The notes: generated by a model from the sequence alone, not told the origin. A stretch of 64,000 bases of DNA from Podarcis bocagei (GCA_964188305.1 OZ076890.1); one strand, 5' to 3'. Shown: positions 26,565-40,111, counted from the first letter of the stretch. A program made the numbers and translations.

Positions 26565-26905
26565 AGTCTCTTGGACTGCAAGAAGATCCAACCTATCCAT
26601 TCTTAAGAAAATCAGCTCTGAGTGCTCACTGGAAGGACAGATCCTGAAACTGAGGCTCCAATACTTAATACTTTGGTCGCCTCATGAGAAGAGAAGACTC
26701 CCTTGAAAAGACCCTGATGCTGGGAAATATTAAGGGCACAAGGAGAAGGGGACGACAGAGGACGAGATGGTTGGATAGTGTTCTCGAAGCTACTAACATG
26801 AGTTTGACCAAACTGCGGGAGGCAGTGGAAGACAGGAGTGCCTGGCGTGCTCTGGTCCATGGGGTCACGAAGAGTTGGACACGACTAAACGACTAAACAA
26901 CAACA
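26565..26905 (+). mobile_element. Bov-B LINE 3' end with (CAA)n tail
   Basis: WTARRSNLSILK...MRREDSLEKTLMLG...RWLDSV...WRALVHGVTKS. Confidence 0.92.
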
Positions 26906-26939
26906 GTAGGAGATAGGTGATTGACTCAATGGGTCAATC
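26906..26939 (-). mobile_element. Penelope-like fragment abutting the gap
   Basis: GTAGGAGATAGGTGATTGACTCAAT is the reverse complement of about 38724-38748 in the 38.4 kb Penelope element. Confidence 0.6.
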
Positions 26940-27261
26940 NNNNNNNNNNNNNNNNNNNNNNNNNNNNNNNNNNNNNNNNNNNNNNNNNNNNNNNNNNNNN
27001 NNNNNNNNNNNNNNNNNNNNNNNNNNNNNNNNNNNNNNNNNNNNNNNNNNNNNNNNNNNNNNNNNNNNNNNNNNNNNNNNNNNNNNNNNNNNNNNNNNNN
27101 NNNNNNNNNNNNNNNNNNNNNNNNNNNNNNNNNNNNNNNNNNNNNNNNNNNNNNNNNNNNNNNNNNNNNNNNNNNNNNNNNNNNNNNNNNNNNNNNNNNN
27201 NNNNNNNNNNNNNNNNNNNNNNNNNNNNNNNNNNNNNNNNNNNNNNNNNNNNNNNNNNNNN
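26940..27261. other. Assembly gap (N run)
   Basis: 322 N. Confidence 1.
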
Positions 27262-28479
27262 AGCTCGTTTTAAGGATGTGTAAAAGAAACATTCCCTATA
27301 CTTAGTTGTTCAATAAATACTCTTAATTTATTCAGGACAAGCTTTCTAGCTCCCAATGACCCTGGACGGGAAGTGGCATATATGAGAATTTTATTTAAGG
27401 GCTGAGAAGATAAAGTTGAAAATCCTCCAAATCAGTCTTCCAGTGGGAATCTGAATCAAATCAAAGAATGTCCATAGCAGTAAATGCTTGAGGAATATAG
27501 AAAGTTGTTTGTGAAACACAGCATGCATTTCCATGCACCTGATGGATATTCAGATTAACATATTGTATAATGCATGGATTGGGAGACACAGCGAAGCCTG
27601 TGGCAGAGAGAGATGAGCCAGGCGAGGATGTGGTGTCCATATTTAAAACTGTGCAGAACTACTTGATGTCAATATTGCAACAACTATTGAGTGTAAAATC
27701 TGGTAGCTTGTCAATTATAAATAGGGTTCACATGTCATTCTTCCACATCATGGGGAAAGTGTATTATTAAACAGCCACATAAAATTATCATCACTGTTGG
27801 TAGTGAAGTCTACCTGCCCCAAGATACCCAGTGAATGTTTATCTCCTCTTCCTGGATGGCCTCTTGTATCCTTTCAAATATTTACACACAAAACACCTCT
27901 ACAAAAAAACCCAACAACAGAAAAGCCACCCAGCCCTTCAGAAGATCTTGTTTTGCTTCTATATCAAGGAGAGGATGCTTCAGAAACAGGTTGATCCATC
28001 CATCCCTAGATAGATCACATGGTTGCATGTTTTACCATTTTCCTGGGTACTTTGGAAGCAGTGATGAACATGGCGGTAGCTAGGTCATGGCAAATTCTAA
28101 ACTGGTGCCTTGCATCCACAGCACTTAAGGTTGGATAAGGGAATGCACAGACATGCATTGACTTTCCAGCATCTAAGTCTTCAATGCAGGTATAATATTT
28201 AGGATATACTAGTGGGAAGTGGCCAGTACTGTCTGGGAATTTGAAGGGATTTTTATTTTTAAATAGATAGTATAATTTGTGTGTTTTAGAGCTGTGCACA
28301 CACACACGAGCCCATGGCTCTTACCTTACCCTGAATAATTTCATGGGGGGGGGGGAACTAATGCTTAATTAGCTGAATTTGGTCTGTCATCTTAATTCAA
28401 CATGGTGTCTGGCATCCAAAAATTGATGAAGAGCACCTTCTCCACCTCGGATACCCTCATGCTGAGTTGGGTCACAATA

Positions 28480-28705
28480 CAGTGGTACCTTGGGTTACAT
28501 ACGCTTCAGGTTACAGACTCCGCTAACCCAGAAATATTACCTCGGGTTAAGAAATTTGCTTCAGGATGAGAACAGAAATCGTGCTCCAGCGGTGCAGCGG
28601 CAGCAGGAAGCCCCATTAGCTAAAGTGGTGCTTCAGGTTAAGAACAGTTTCAGGTTAAGAACGGACCTCCAGAACAAATTAAGTACTTAACCCAAGGTAC
28701 CACTG
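28480..28705. mobile_element. Tc1/mariner-type MITE, copy 1
   Basis: TIR CAGTGGTACCTTGGGTTA at both ends, TA TSD. Confidence 0.9.
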
Positions 28706-28990
28706 TATGTTAAGAGGCATCCAAATTGGCACAGGTTGGAACCATCATGCCAAATATGGTGAAGGGCTGCCCAAGAGGGCCCTGATATCTTCAGAGGCGT
28801 CCAAATCCTTATAGTTACAGCCCATCACACCAAAGAATAGACTGAAGTCACACCAAAGTCACATTTTAGCCCTCCGTCTTGATTCAAAATGACTCCCAGC
28901 ATCCAAACATTGATGATGACCTCTGACCTTAGGTGCTGAGCTTGGCAAGGATATCTCAAGAGGCAGCCAAACCTATTGAGAACTAACAAA

Positions 28991-29343
28991 GGTAAAGGGT
29001 AAAGGGTCCAGTCCATAAGGTCCAGTCGTGACCTGCTCTGGGGTTGCGGTGCTCATCTCGCTTTATTGGCCGAGGGAGCCGGCGTACAGCTTCCGGGTCA
29101 TGTGGCCAGCATGACTAAGCCACTTCTGGCGAACCAGAACAGAGCGTGGAAATTCTGTTTACCTTCCCGCCGGAACGGTACCTATTTATCTGCTTGCACT
29201 TTAATGTGCTTTCAAACTGCTAGGTTGGCAGGAGCAGGGACCGAGCAATGGGAGCTCACCCCGTCACAGGGATTCAAACCGCCGACCTTCTGATCAGCAA
29301 GTCCTAAACTCTGTGGTTTAACCTACAGCACCACCCGCGTCCC
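28991..29343 (-). mobile_element. Sauria SINE, full length
   Basis: 13-bp TSD GAGAACTAACAAA (28978-28990, 29344-29356). Confidence 0.93.
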
Positions 29344-30117
29344 GAGAACTAACAAACCGCTGTCCAAAATCTACTGTATAGCATATTTTGCATTTTCCTA
29401 ACCCCTTGACAATGAACACCAGTGGAATGGGTGCTTGAATGTGAAATGTAGAATTGTGTTCTAAACATGCACATCAAATTTCATTTCACTTTCCCAGCAT
29501 TCAATGGATATTCATTCATTCAATGTGTTGCAAACAAACAAACAAATGGCACATCAGCAAGTGAAGTTAAATCAAAGTTCTCAAGTACTGTGACTCACAA
29601 TTACACAACCAATCGTGGCAACTGCCACCTCAGGGTCTTCAGAAGAACCATACTGCCCCAAGGGGAGCAGAAAAGAAGTAGAAACACTACTACCAGCTTT
29701 AGTGGCAGTCCTTCCCCACCATCTGCTCCTAGAATTTCTTCTGAAGAACCATTTTGGCCTGAGGGGACAGGAGAAGAAACTGGAAGAGCTCGTCAAGCTG
29801 CCACTGTCCATTTCTCAGTGGTGGTCCCTCCACCCAACTGTCCCCACAGGTTCTTTGAAATAACTATCATAGGCTGAAGAGAAACTAGAAGAAGCAGAGA
29901 CTGTTTGGTGGACATCATCCAGCTTCAAACTGTCCACCTGAGGTGGCCCCTCTTTCTCACCCGAACTGCCATCACAGCAGCTTCTGAAAAGGTTTCCAAA
30001 AAGGGTTTCTTTCCAAGTTCTTTTTTTTATAATTCTATAATTGTTATTGTGTTTATTGTTTTAATCATTTAATACAGATTGCTTTGTGAGGTCTGCCTGA
30101 ATATCTTTCTATCTATA

Positions 30118-30359
30118 CAGTGGTACCTCAGGTTAAGTACTTAATTCGTTCTGGAGGTCCGCACTTAACCTGAAACTGTTCTTAACCTGAAGCACCGCTT
30201 TAGCTAATGGGGCCTCCTGCTGCTGCTGCACCGCTGGAGCACAATTTCTGTTCTCATCCTGAAGCAAAGTTCTTAACCCGAGGTAATATTTCTGGGTTAG
30301 CGGAGTCTGTAACCTGAAGCATATGTAAACTGAAGCATATGTAACCCGAGGTACCACTG
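30118..30359. mobile_element. Tc1/mariner-type MITE, copy 2 (opposite orientation to copy 1)
   Basis: TA-CAGTGGTACCTC...GAGGTACCACTG-TA. Confidence 0.9.
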
Positions 30360-33197
30360 TACATAACACTGCCACACATGTCTAAAATGATCACTGATCA
30401 GCCTTTCCACAATTCTAGAATTTGTACTTGGTCAAATCATCTTCACAGACTTCATGAGATCTGAAAGCATATTTATGATTCAATCAAGGTAATTCAGTTT
30501 GCTTTTTTGCTGTTCACAACCATCTTCATAGCCAAAGTCATTTTCACAAGAAATATCAGCATGTATGGTTTATTACAATTTTTAAAAATATGTTCCCAGT
30601 GATGTCATTCTCCTTAAGTTATTCTGTCATGTTAATATTTTCCTTCAGGTCCATTTGTCTTTGGCATTCCTCTACTATATCTCTCTCTCTCTCTGTGTGT
30701 GTATGTTTTAAAACATATCCATCTTTAGCACATTTTCTTTATAGCTGCATTTTTATAGTCTATTAATATATCTTTCCTTCCATGAGAACATAATCATTCC
30801 GGAATTGATAAGCAATCTCTAGCTGCATCAAAAACCAAATTGGACATTCCTTCACCTTTAAATATAATCTGCTATTAAATCCAGTTATCTTTTTACAATT
30901 TATCTTAGCACACAATGGGAAATCAGCTCTGTATCTTGGGATAAATGATAGAGTTTAATTATGTCCAAACAATATAGTTACTTTCCGCATCAAATGCCCT
31001 ACCCTTGTGTGTGTTTAAATAAAAAAGTGAGGGAGGTGCTTAATTTATGTCATTACAAGGAAGATAATGTTTCAGTAAGTGATGTGTCCTCATTTCCCCA
31101 CTACTCCTTTCATTGCTTTTGGACTGAAATTATAGTTTTAAACCCTTCATGCTGGATTCCATCATTCCTGGGCTTTCCTTGTTGGCTTTTATGCCTTAAT
31201 TGGAACCTCCTGTCTTGATATCCGACTGATCATCAGACACACCCTTCCTGAACAATGTTTCCTCTAGAAATCTGATCTTTCAGGGGCTAGCCATTTTCTG
31301 TTGAGTTGTGTCACCACCAAACATGATTAGGTGTGATCCACAGTAAGTTAGATTCTCCTGGTACCAGTTGAAACCCATTGAAAACTTACGCATGAGTGAC
31401 TTTTTTGGCTGATTTCACAACTAACTTAGTCTGGGACAAGTCTATTCTGCCATTTGGGTTTTGAATAATACCTAATATACCAAATGACATTTCTGTGTGA
31501 TGAGATGTAAGTCTAATGGAACCAGTTTTACCATCAGATCTATGAGTGACCAGCTGGACTAGTGGCTAATAAGAGCCATGGTGTGTTTACCAATTACATA
31601 TAAACACTGTGTGTGGACTTTTATCCTCCGTCACACAGTCATACTGTGCAGTGTGCCAACCATTACATCAGTTTGTCTGTTGGTGCAGAGAGTTCCCATG
31701 TCAGTATTATTACCAGAAGGCAGCTGGTTGCTGGTTGCTGGTGTGGAAACTGTGTGCCACATTGATTTGACATCCAGCATTGCATGCTACAACCATGGCA
31801 GGGGAAAGGAAGCATAAAGCAACGAGCTTTAACAGCTTCAACTTGATATTAGCAATGTGCTCAAATTCTTTATTAATTTCTAGCAACTTTTAGCTGCATT
31901 TAGGTGGTTGACCATGTTCCTGGTTTTGTACAGATAAAAGTTTAAAAATACAAACCAGGCTCCACCCTCCTCCAACAGAACACCACAATCTGAAATGCAG
32001 AATTTAAGGATGTGTAATTCTCCCAGAGTGTTGCCCTCCAAATGTTGGGCTCCACTTCCCATCAGCCCCAGCCAGTATGGTCAATAGCCAGGGATGATGG
32101 AAGTTGTAGCCCAACACATTTGAAAGGCATTAGGTTGGGGAATGCTAATTTAGTCTATTTTTTATTTTTAAAAAATCTTAAACCTGTGGGTATTTATTTT
32201 GCAAAGGTTTCCCGGCAGCACGGTCACAAAACTTTTGCAACATAAATCTCCACCAAGACTTGGCTGACTGTTTCATCAACCAAGACTGCAGTAAGGGTTT
32301 AGTTCCATGCTATGCTTTATAAACTTTGAAGCTCTGCTTCCACTGGAATTAGGTGTCCAGAATTCAGCTATGCTGAGACAAAGCAATTGCATGTGAATCT
32401 GTCATTTAACACTTAACTTGGCAACACTCCTATTTTTGATGTACCAGCCTCTTTCTAAGAACCAAAATGCCATCGTAATCAACATTCTCATTAAAATGGA
32501 AAACCAGGCTGAAATTGCTCAATAATGGAAATAAAGAAATCAGCAAAGCCTCGCATTGCTTTGTCTCTTGATACCTTTCCAATTATACTTCTATCCCTTC
32601 AGTCTTAATAGAAAACTGAATCCGTGATGGGAACATATTTAAATTATTGTGAGATTGGCTCCCTTACGTTTCAACATTACACCTGATTGCAAAAGCTACC
32701 ATGCGGCTCTTTATTTAGCTACTCGGAAGTAAAACCTGCTGAACTCAATGGAACTTACGCTCAAGTAAATGTGTGTATGACTTCAGCCTCCATACCTAAG
32801 TTTAACGCCTGGGAGAGATCATCAGGACACTTGACAATATAAAATTGGTACCCAAATTCAGTCCTCAGCATCTCTAGGCAGGGCTGGGGAAAACTCTTGC
32901 CTGAAACATCAGCTGCCAATCAGTGTAGACAACACTGAGCTAGATGGCTCAGTGATGTGACTGTTTATAGCAGCTTCCTATGTTTCTAATTTTGTGGATG
33001 GTCAGCCCTAGTAAGATATTCAACTTCACCAAAGGTATAGTACCCTCTTTATACCTAGTGTTAGGACAACACCATGGTGGATCTGAAACTGAGGACCTGA
33101 GGGATACCAGGTGGTGATGCAGTTTGTGCTGGTCAAAATGAGGAACTGCATGGAGACCAGATACAGTTCTGCTTACTTTTAACAAGTAGTGTGGTGT

Positions 33198-34245
33198 TGT
33201 GGCAAGGTGCTGCCCCACCTCCCCCACCCATTGCCCTTAGCTGGGTTTCCCATCAGCAGGAGAAGCAGAAGCCTCTCCTGGTAGCTAGGAAATTTGAATC
33301 ACCCACCTGCAAAACTGGCCAATGGCAGGCAGACTGACCTGGCCAAGGAGTGGAGCTGACTGCGTCCTCATGAGAACTTCACTCTGGTCTGCCCCTTGGG
33401 GTTAAAGTGAGTGGTTGTCCCTTACCTGGCAATATTGCCCATTAGGATCTCCCACTCATCTACCCTCTTTTTAGGTTTACACCTACCTATTCAAGGTTTT
33501 GTTTCATTGTTGACCTTGCTATGGATGGCAATCAGTTGCGTGGTGAGTTCTCGCCTCCCCCCTCAGAAATAAAGACACGAGACACAAGAATTTGAGTTAA
33601 TGGGTCAAATTAGGCCACAACTTTATTGATTACAGGAATTGAGTGGTATTGGCCTAGGCATTGGTCCTAACAATTAACCGGCTTCAGCCCGATGGCTGGG
33701 AGACCGGTGAGGGTTAACCACCAGTAGGGGGAGTCCTGCTGAGGCACGTCAACTAGGAGCTCCCCCCAGAGTTACCGCTCGGGGGCGTGCCGTGGGCCCA
33801 CACCTCCATAGGCTTAGGACAGGGCCATGCCCCCCGGAATCCTTTAACGGACTACCCTTTGCTTTTGGGGGAAGGTGATGGTGCTTCCTTCCCCCCGCTT
33901 CATCTGCATAACAAAAGATCCATACCCCTACCAATGCTTAACCGCCAATACCGGGGAGTTGTGACGAATTGCTACGAGGTAGGCAAAAACCAAGTGGCTG
34001 GTGCCAATCTGCCAAATGGAAAAATTCCTACCAGGCCCCTTGACGGCAACCGACCGAAGCCCATAGCATCGTCATAGAACCTATCCTAGCGGGTGGGAGG
34101 GAAGGGAAAAACCTAGCTGGCTCTGGCTGGGGCAATCAGTTGTCGTATTCAGGACTGGGGAAGAATTTGTCCTGCAGTTCTGTTGGCCAACCTGGGATTT
34201 TTGCCTTCCTCATAGCAACTGTCACAACTTTGGCAGATAAGGCAT
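33198..34245 (+). mobile_element. Older copy of the LTR-like family, split by a younger relative
   Basis: GGCCAATGG, TTGACCTTGCTATG and CATAGCAACTGTCACAACTT align in order with the 57.3 kb copy; boundaries approximate. Confidence 0.6.
33537..34130 (-). mobile_element. LTR-like family copy lacking its 5' promoter part, with 10-12 bp TSD
   Basis: GGCAATCAGTTG at 33527-33538 and 34131-34142; shared 24-mer at 33612-33635. Confidence 0.8.
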
Positions 34246-36430
34246 TGGGTGAATTGTCACAAAACCCTCCTTGTGCCAGTAGACTACAGCCTATCAGTCT
34301 ATATGTCTTGACCTGTATGAAAGCTTCCCAGTTAAGGTTGCTCTTAGGTCTCAGCAACCAGGAGATCTCCTAAGAGCTCTCCAGTGGATACAAGAAGGAA
34401 ACACTGAAACAAGAAGAAGGTGCCCTCCTATGATTGCTAATGTTGATGTTCTTTCTTTTCCTGCTTGGGTTTGACACCTGAATTATGGAACAGGGAATGT
34501 CAATTCTAGCATCTGGCATGGTATGGTCATAAATCTGTACTCCCTCAGCAGAAACTTCCGCCGGGTTGTTGAGCAAATGGGACTAATTTGGGTCCACTGA
34601 AGTTAATGGGAATATTTCTGGTGACCTCAAGAGCTTTGGAGCAGGCGTTGTGTCTGTGGCCAATGTACCAAGCAGGTTTTATGAGCATAGAAGCTGACCT
34701 GTCAACTTGAAAACACACCTGGACAAGTTATCTCGGAAAACAAGTGTAAACCTGTCTTGAACTCACAATGTGATGGATGGGACAATATATTTGCACCAAG
34801 CTATGTGCACAGGAGAGACTATTTTGGGACCTTCAGCCAACCGTTTCATAGCATCTCCCCAGCAGAAAGATCTCCAGAGTCTGAAGAGGAAGCAACTTAA
34901 ATCCACCATCTGTGCTTTGGGATAGAGGAACTCACAGAGGGTCAAAGGATAAACAAGGTGACTGAAAGACAGTGGAGAAGGTAAAATATATCAGACCATC
35001 ACCCCCACCCACATACTCTTTAACATGGCTATTTAGGTTTTCCCTTTGCTCCCATTCAGTGGTAAAGAGTGGGTTTTTTGTGGGGAAAGCTCCCTGGCAG
35101 AATAAAAAAAAACCCACTCACACAGCACTTTAAAGTGTGGACCTTTGCCTCGATACTGTACATGGCACAAAAGGTAAATGTAGAGGAGCCCATTTTAATG
35201 AACTGATTCTATGAATTCTTAAATCAGTATGTGGACAGTGATAGGTGAACCTACTAAGAGTGACTTTTTTTTAAAAAAAAGTATTGTTTCAGCTATGATT
35301 TAGATTGCAAGAAGCTGTGGTTTTCTCAGTAGATACACATTTTTCTTTAGAAGAACTGCATCGGGAGTCTACTACCTTGCAATTTTCTCTCCCTTTCCTC
35401 TCATTCTCATCTTCTTGTTGTTACAGCATTTTCATTTCTGATGTCCAGTAGTTTGTCATGTTATACAGTGTTCAGGCTCCCAGACTCAGATGGTTAGGGT
35501 AGATAGTTATAATAATTGTTAAGCTAGAGAAGTTTCCAGTGTGCCTCCCAATTCTAATAGTTGCAGGGGTTTCAAACTGGTGTGGAGATGTGGAGAATTG
35601 AACTTAAGATGTGGGGGAGGAAGAGAAAATGAGAGAAACCAAAATGGACATATTCCCACATCTCTAATGGCTAGGAAGTGTGGATGCCATGAGGTTGCAA
35701 AGGCTCCACCTTCACACCCACACCACATGTCTCTTTCTATTTGGAGCCCCAGAAAAAGTATTCTAAAATTCATTATACATGGTTAATTTTGAGCACATGA
35801 ACTCTTCAATACACTCCAGAGCTTCACATGGCCCTCTTTACATTGATCCTCTGAATTAATTGAAAATAAAAGTCAAAGTCCTTGATGTTGGAGTAACTAA
35901 AGCATTTTCTTGTTCTGAACATTAATGGTATGAAATGTCCTTCCATTATACAAAAGGCATTCAATGTGAAGGAAGAATTTCACCCTTGATTGAACAATCA
36001 GTACAAGGGAAAGTACTTTAGTATCCCCACTAAAGCGCAGGAACTTTCTTTACAGGATTAAAGGCTTTTTGATATTAAAAGAAGCATCTTCAATTTGATT
36101 TAGAACCGTCAGATTCAAAGGCAAGGTTTTACACCCCCATTTCTGTGCCACCCAGAATTCTTTGGGAAGTGATAATGTTGAAGCTGAAAGAGATGCCGCA
36201 TACAGTATTGACAGAACACAAATGACATCTGGGTGCAATTGCAACCTGATGGCATACTTCAATGAAATGTTCTCTTCCTGGTTGCTGGATAATGCCATTC
36301 CTGACATCAGATTTGTGTCTTTTCTGTAACCACAGTGAGCAAGAATACCACAGAATTTTTCCTGAGTTACACATTCATATTTTACATTGATCACTGAAGG
36401 GAAAAAATGTAATGAAAACAGAACAACACA

Positions 36431-36673
36431 CAGTGGTACCTTGGATTAAGTATTTAATTCTTTCCAGAGGTCTGTTCTTAACCTGAAACTGTTCTTAACC
36501 TGAAGCACCACTTTAGCTAATGGGGCCTCATGCTGCCGCCGCGCCGCCGGAGCACGATTTCTGTTTTTATCCTGAAACAAAGTTCTTGACCTGAAGCACT
36601 ATTTCTGGGTTAGCGGAGTCTGTAACCTGAAGCATATGTAACCTGAAGCATGTGTAACCCAAGGTACCACTTG
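36431..36673. mobile_element. Tc1/mariner-type MITE, copy 3
   Basis: Same TIR and internal TTCTTAACCTGAA repeats. Confidence 0.88.
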
Positions 36674-38420
36674 TATTTCATTTTTCAGTCCTTTCAATTA
36701 GTCAGCTAAAAAGACAGTGGCAGCATCTATGATACACTTAGTTCCATAGTTTGGTACCATTTTACTATGTGGACAATTTGTAGGCTCTAGCCAGCTTCAT
36801 ATAAATATATGCTTCATAATGTGCATAATAGAAGACACCTTTAAGATTATCATTTCTTGCAGTATGAATCAGACATTTTTACAATCAGATTTTTTAATGG
36901 TAAGCAGGGTGAATAATGTTTTGACTTTTTCTCCCGGATCCTGGTGATAAATTTGTAGTGTTTTATGTCAATAATACTCCAAGTTAAACTTGCACAAATG
37001 GACTCCTATGGAGAGGCAATGTATATGTATGTGTGCATTCCATAAATTTAGCTAAACACTCTATAAATATTTGGATATGAATCTTGCTTTTAATTTCTGG
37101 CTAATAATTATGTGCATCTATAATGTGTGTTGGAAGAGCCTAGCTTTCAACAAGGGTGTTAAAAAGTTGATGACATGCAAGCTCTTATGTAGATTGATTT
37201 GCTAATTTAAATTTCATTTTGCCAAGAACGCTGCTAAACTAGAAGACTGAACTGGATTTTATTTTATTAACAAATATTTAGGGCAATTTTAGAATATTCA
37301 TATTTTGGAAAGTATCTTTATTACTTCACTAAGGATGGAGTTTATGTAAAGGGATTGTGGGATACCATAGCACTCAATAATCAACTAACAGTGACATCCT
37401 ATGCATGTTTATTCAGAAGGAAGAGCCAGTGTCTCAAAGTGTTCCCTGCTTTGTCATGGCACTCACTGATAGCCTAAATTTCCTCTGATTCCAAGACAAT
37501 AGAGTTAAGCACAATAACAGGAGACAGTACTTTGCATCTTGCCTCAAAATAAATGTAGATGTGATTTTAACCTTCGAATAATTCCACATTTAATACGACT
37601 GGCATGAATCTGTGGGTACATTGTAGTGACACTGGCACAACTAGAATCCCCAGCATGTGCAAATAGTTCTTTAATAAAATGTCCTATTCATATTTTGTGT
37701 ATTCATTGCTGGAAACAGCAATGGACTATCAGCATTCACATAATGCAATGGCATGTATCAGACATTTCAGACTCCAGTGACCACTTTATGCTTCTTAATC
37801 GACAAAGGAAAGGCTGAATGTGCCTATTACCCATTTCTCTGGGTAGGAATAACTTTAAATAGCCCAGGTAGAATATAATCAGGAAACTGCCTGTTCTATG
37901 GCACATAAGATGGATTTTGATATTCCATTTGCTCATACTTGGACCAGCCATTCTTTTTGCCAATTTACATAGCCCAAGACAGCCAATAGCAGGTGCGCAA
38001 TCCAGCTTAATGGGTGTTCCATCTGTCCAGGAACTCCTGCACTGATGAGCAGTAGGAGATTCCTGGTCTATGAAGGGCACATCAGAAGGCTCTTTATGAT
38101 CACTAACAGGTGCATAATAGCTCTATAAACCAAGATACATTTTTTGTGCAAACTAAAACAACTTCTGCTTTATCAGCCAAAGAAATAACATTAGAGATGT
38201 GTTGGGCAATTGGTCCATTCACTTCACTGGACAGTAGCCAGATCTGCAGAAGTTCAAAGAGGAGACCAAGAGAGTATGCAACTCGCCACCATTGCCTTTC
38301 ATGTGACAAACCTTCTTCAGCAGAAGGTCAATTTAAACCCACCTGCTCATGCTTACATAATTTGGTTATTGTTTGGCAGATCTTCTATTGCTATATTTGA
38401 ATAAATACAACCTTTTCACT

Positions 38421-38925
38421 CAGGTAGGTAGCCGTGTTGGGCTGACACAATCAAAATAAATAAATAATTGTCCAGTAGCACCTTAGAGACCAACTAAATT
38501 TGTTCTGGGTATAAGCTTTCGTGTGCATGCACGCTTCTTCAGATACATGGTTTAAGTATTTCTAAACTTAAAACTATGGAGAGACCTGGTCTAAATAGAG
38601 ATGTTAGATTCTTGTCTCATTACATATGCTAAAGCTATTTTTGGTCATTTGCATACTATCCCTTGCTTTTTCCTGTAGGACTAATTGCAGTCGTTCACAG
38701 TCGTCAACAGGTTTACCATACCTATTGAGTCAATCACCCATCTCCTACTACCCTTCTGCAAAACCCCCACCCCACCCTCCCTCTATATATAAGGGTCTGG
38801 TGACTTCTGTTTCAGTGTATGTGAAGAAGTGTGCATGCACACGAAAGCTTATACCCAGAACAAACTTAGTTGGTCTCTAAGGCGCTACTGGACAATTTTT
38901 TATTATTTCTTTATTTATTTCAACC
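38421..38925. mobile_element. Penelope-like element remnant with inverted pseudo-LTR arms
   Basis: 38465-38546 is the near-perfect reverse complement of 38817-38898; both arms carry a hammerhead-like motif. Confidence 0.85.
38508..38546 (-). ncRNA. Minimal type I hammerhead ribozyme motif (Penelope-associated)
   Basis: Minus strand GUAU-CUGAAGA-AGCGUGCAUGCACAC-GAAA-GCUU-AUAC: core boxes, stem I GUAU/AUAC, palindromic stem II and AAGCUU stem III. Confidence 0.75.
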
Positions 38926-39442
38926 TTTTCACTGTTACTCTGTCTCTTGAGTCTTCTTCCAAGGTGCGTTTTGTGGCACCTAAAAGACAAACAAACACAT
39001 TGCAACATACATTTCGGTAGGCCAGAGCCAATTTCATCAGAGCATGCCAAATATTTGATCTTTATCAGTCCAGAGTTGCATTCCTTCAAGGAGGTAATCT
39101 GTCAAGGGGAGTGCCTGCTGTCAGCAGGCAGGACATGAGCCAGAAGCAAGTTAGAGGTGGGCAAGACCAAAGCCAAATTTGGGTGGGGCCAGAACCCAAA
39201 GCAGCCAAGCACCCACCTCCAACTCCCTTTCCTCTCTACCCCACCCATTACCATGCACAAGCAATTAGGCCAAGCAACCAATGATGTGCGGCTAAACTTT
39301 TCAAAGGGGTACAGTTAGAACCAGAGGCACCAGCTTGTGAGAGCAATGGGGGGCAACATCATGTGTGTGGCATCATGATGTCTTAATGTCGCACGTGTGA
39401 GCATCATGCCTCCCTCCCTATGCTGGGCAGAAGCTTCCCAGG

Positions 39443-40111
39443 TGTCAAGCTTCAGGAAATCTACTCCCTCCCACAGTGGCAGCAAAGAAGCAAATTAAAA
39501 AAAAAAGAGTTCTTACCAATTAGTTTATTCAATAATCAGTGAGAGAGAAAGGAATGCGGTCTCTCTCTAGATAATGGTGGTTGCTCCAAGTAAAGTCCAA
39601 CCCCCCCTCCATCTCCCTTATCCTACATCATCCCAGCTGATCAGAGCTTTCTGTTCGCCTACCCTCAATGTCTACCTAGTCCTGGGAGTGGTGGGATCAG
39701 GAACTCTCTCCAAAATCACTGAGTCTGTCAGCTGTTTCTCCCCCAGTGCTGCTTCTTCCTGCTGTTCCTCTTCCAATATTTCCCAGCTTTTTCCTTCTGC
39801 AGCCTCTGAACAATGGCCTTCTGCAAACCACTGTTCTAAATCTATACAATAGTACCTCGAGTTAAGAACTTAATTCATTCCAGAAGTCTGTTCTTAACCT
39901 GAAACTGTTCTTAACCTGAAGCACCACTTTAGCTAATGGGGCCTCCCGCTGCCACCGCACCGCCAGAACACGATTTCTGTTCTCATCCTGAAGCAAAGTT
40001 CTTAACCCCAGGTACTATTTCTGGGTTAGCGGAGTCTGTAACCTGAACCGTATGTAACCCGAGGTACTATCCTCCTGTTCTCACCATTCCTCCACAGTCC
40101 AGCCCCTGACA
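39443..40111 (-). mobile_element. Solo LTR (Gypsy-like), interrupted by a MITE
   Basis: Minus strand starts TGTCAGGGGCTGG like the 59694 LTR; AATAAA on minus at about 39524-39529; TSD not confirmed. Confidence 0.55.
39847..40070. mobile_element. Tc1/mariner-type MITE, copy 4
   Basis: Body matches the other copies; TIRs degenerate. Confidence 0.85.

Noticed and set aside
26885-27292. Long ORFs of X residues
   Set aside because: Artefact of the N gap
29581-29990. Exon-like minus-strand segment with acceptor and GTGAGT donor
   Set aside because: In-frame TGA in the long frame and no recognisable protein
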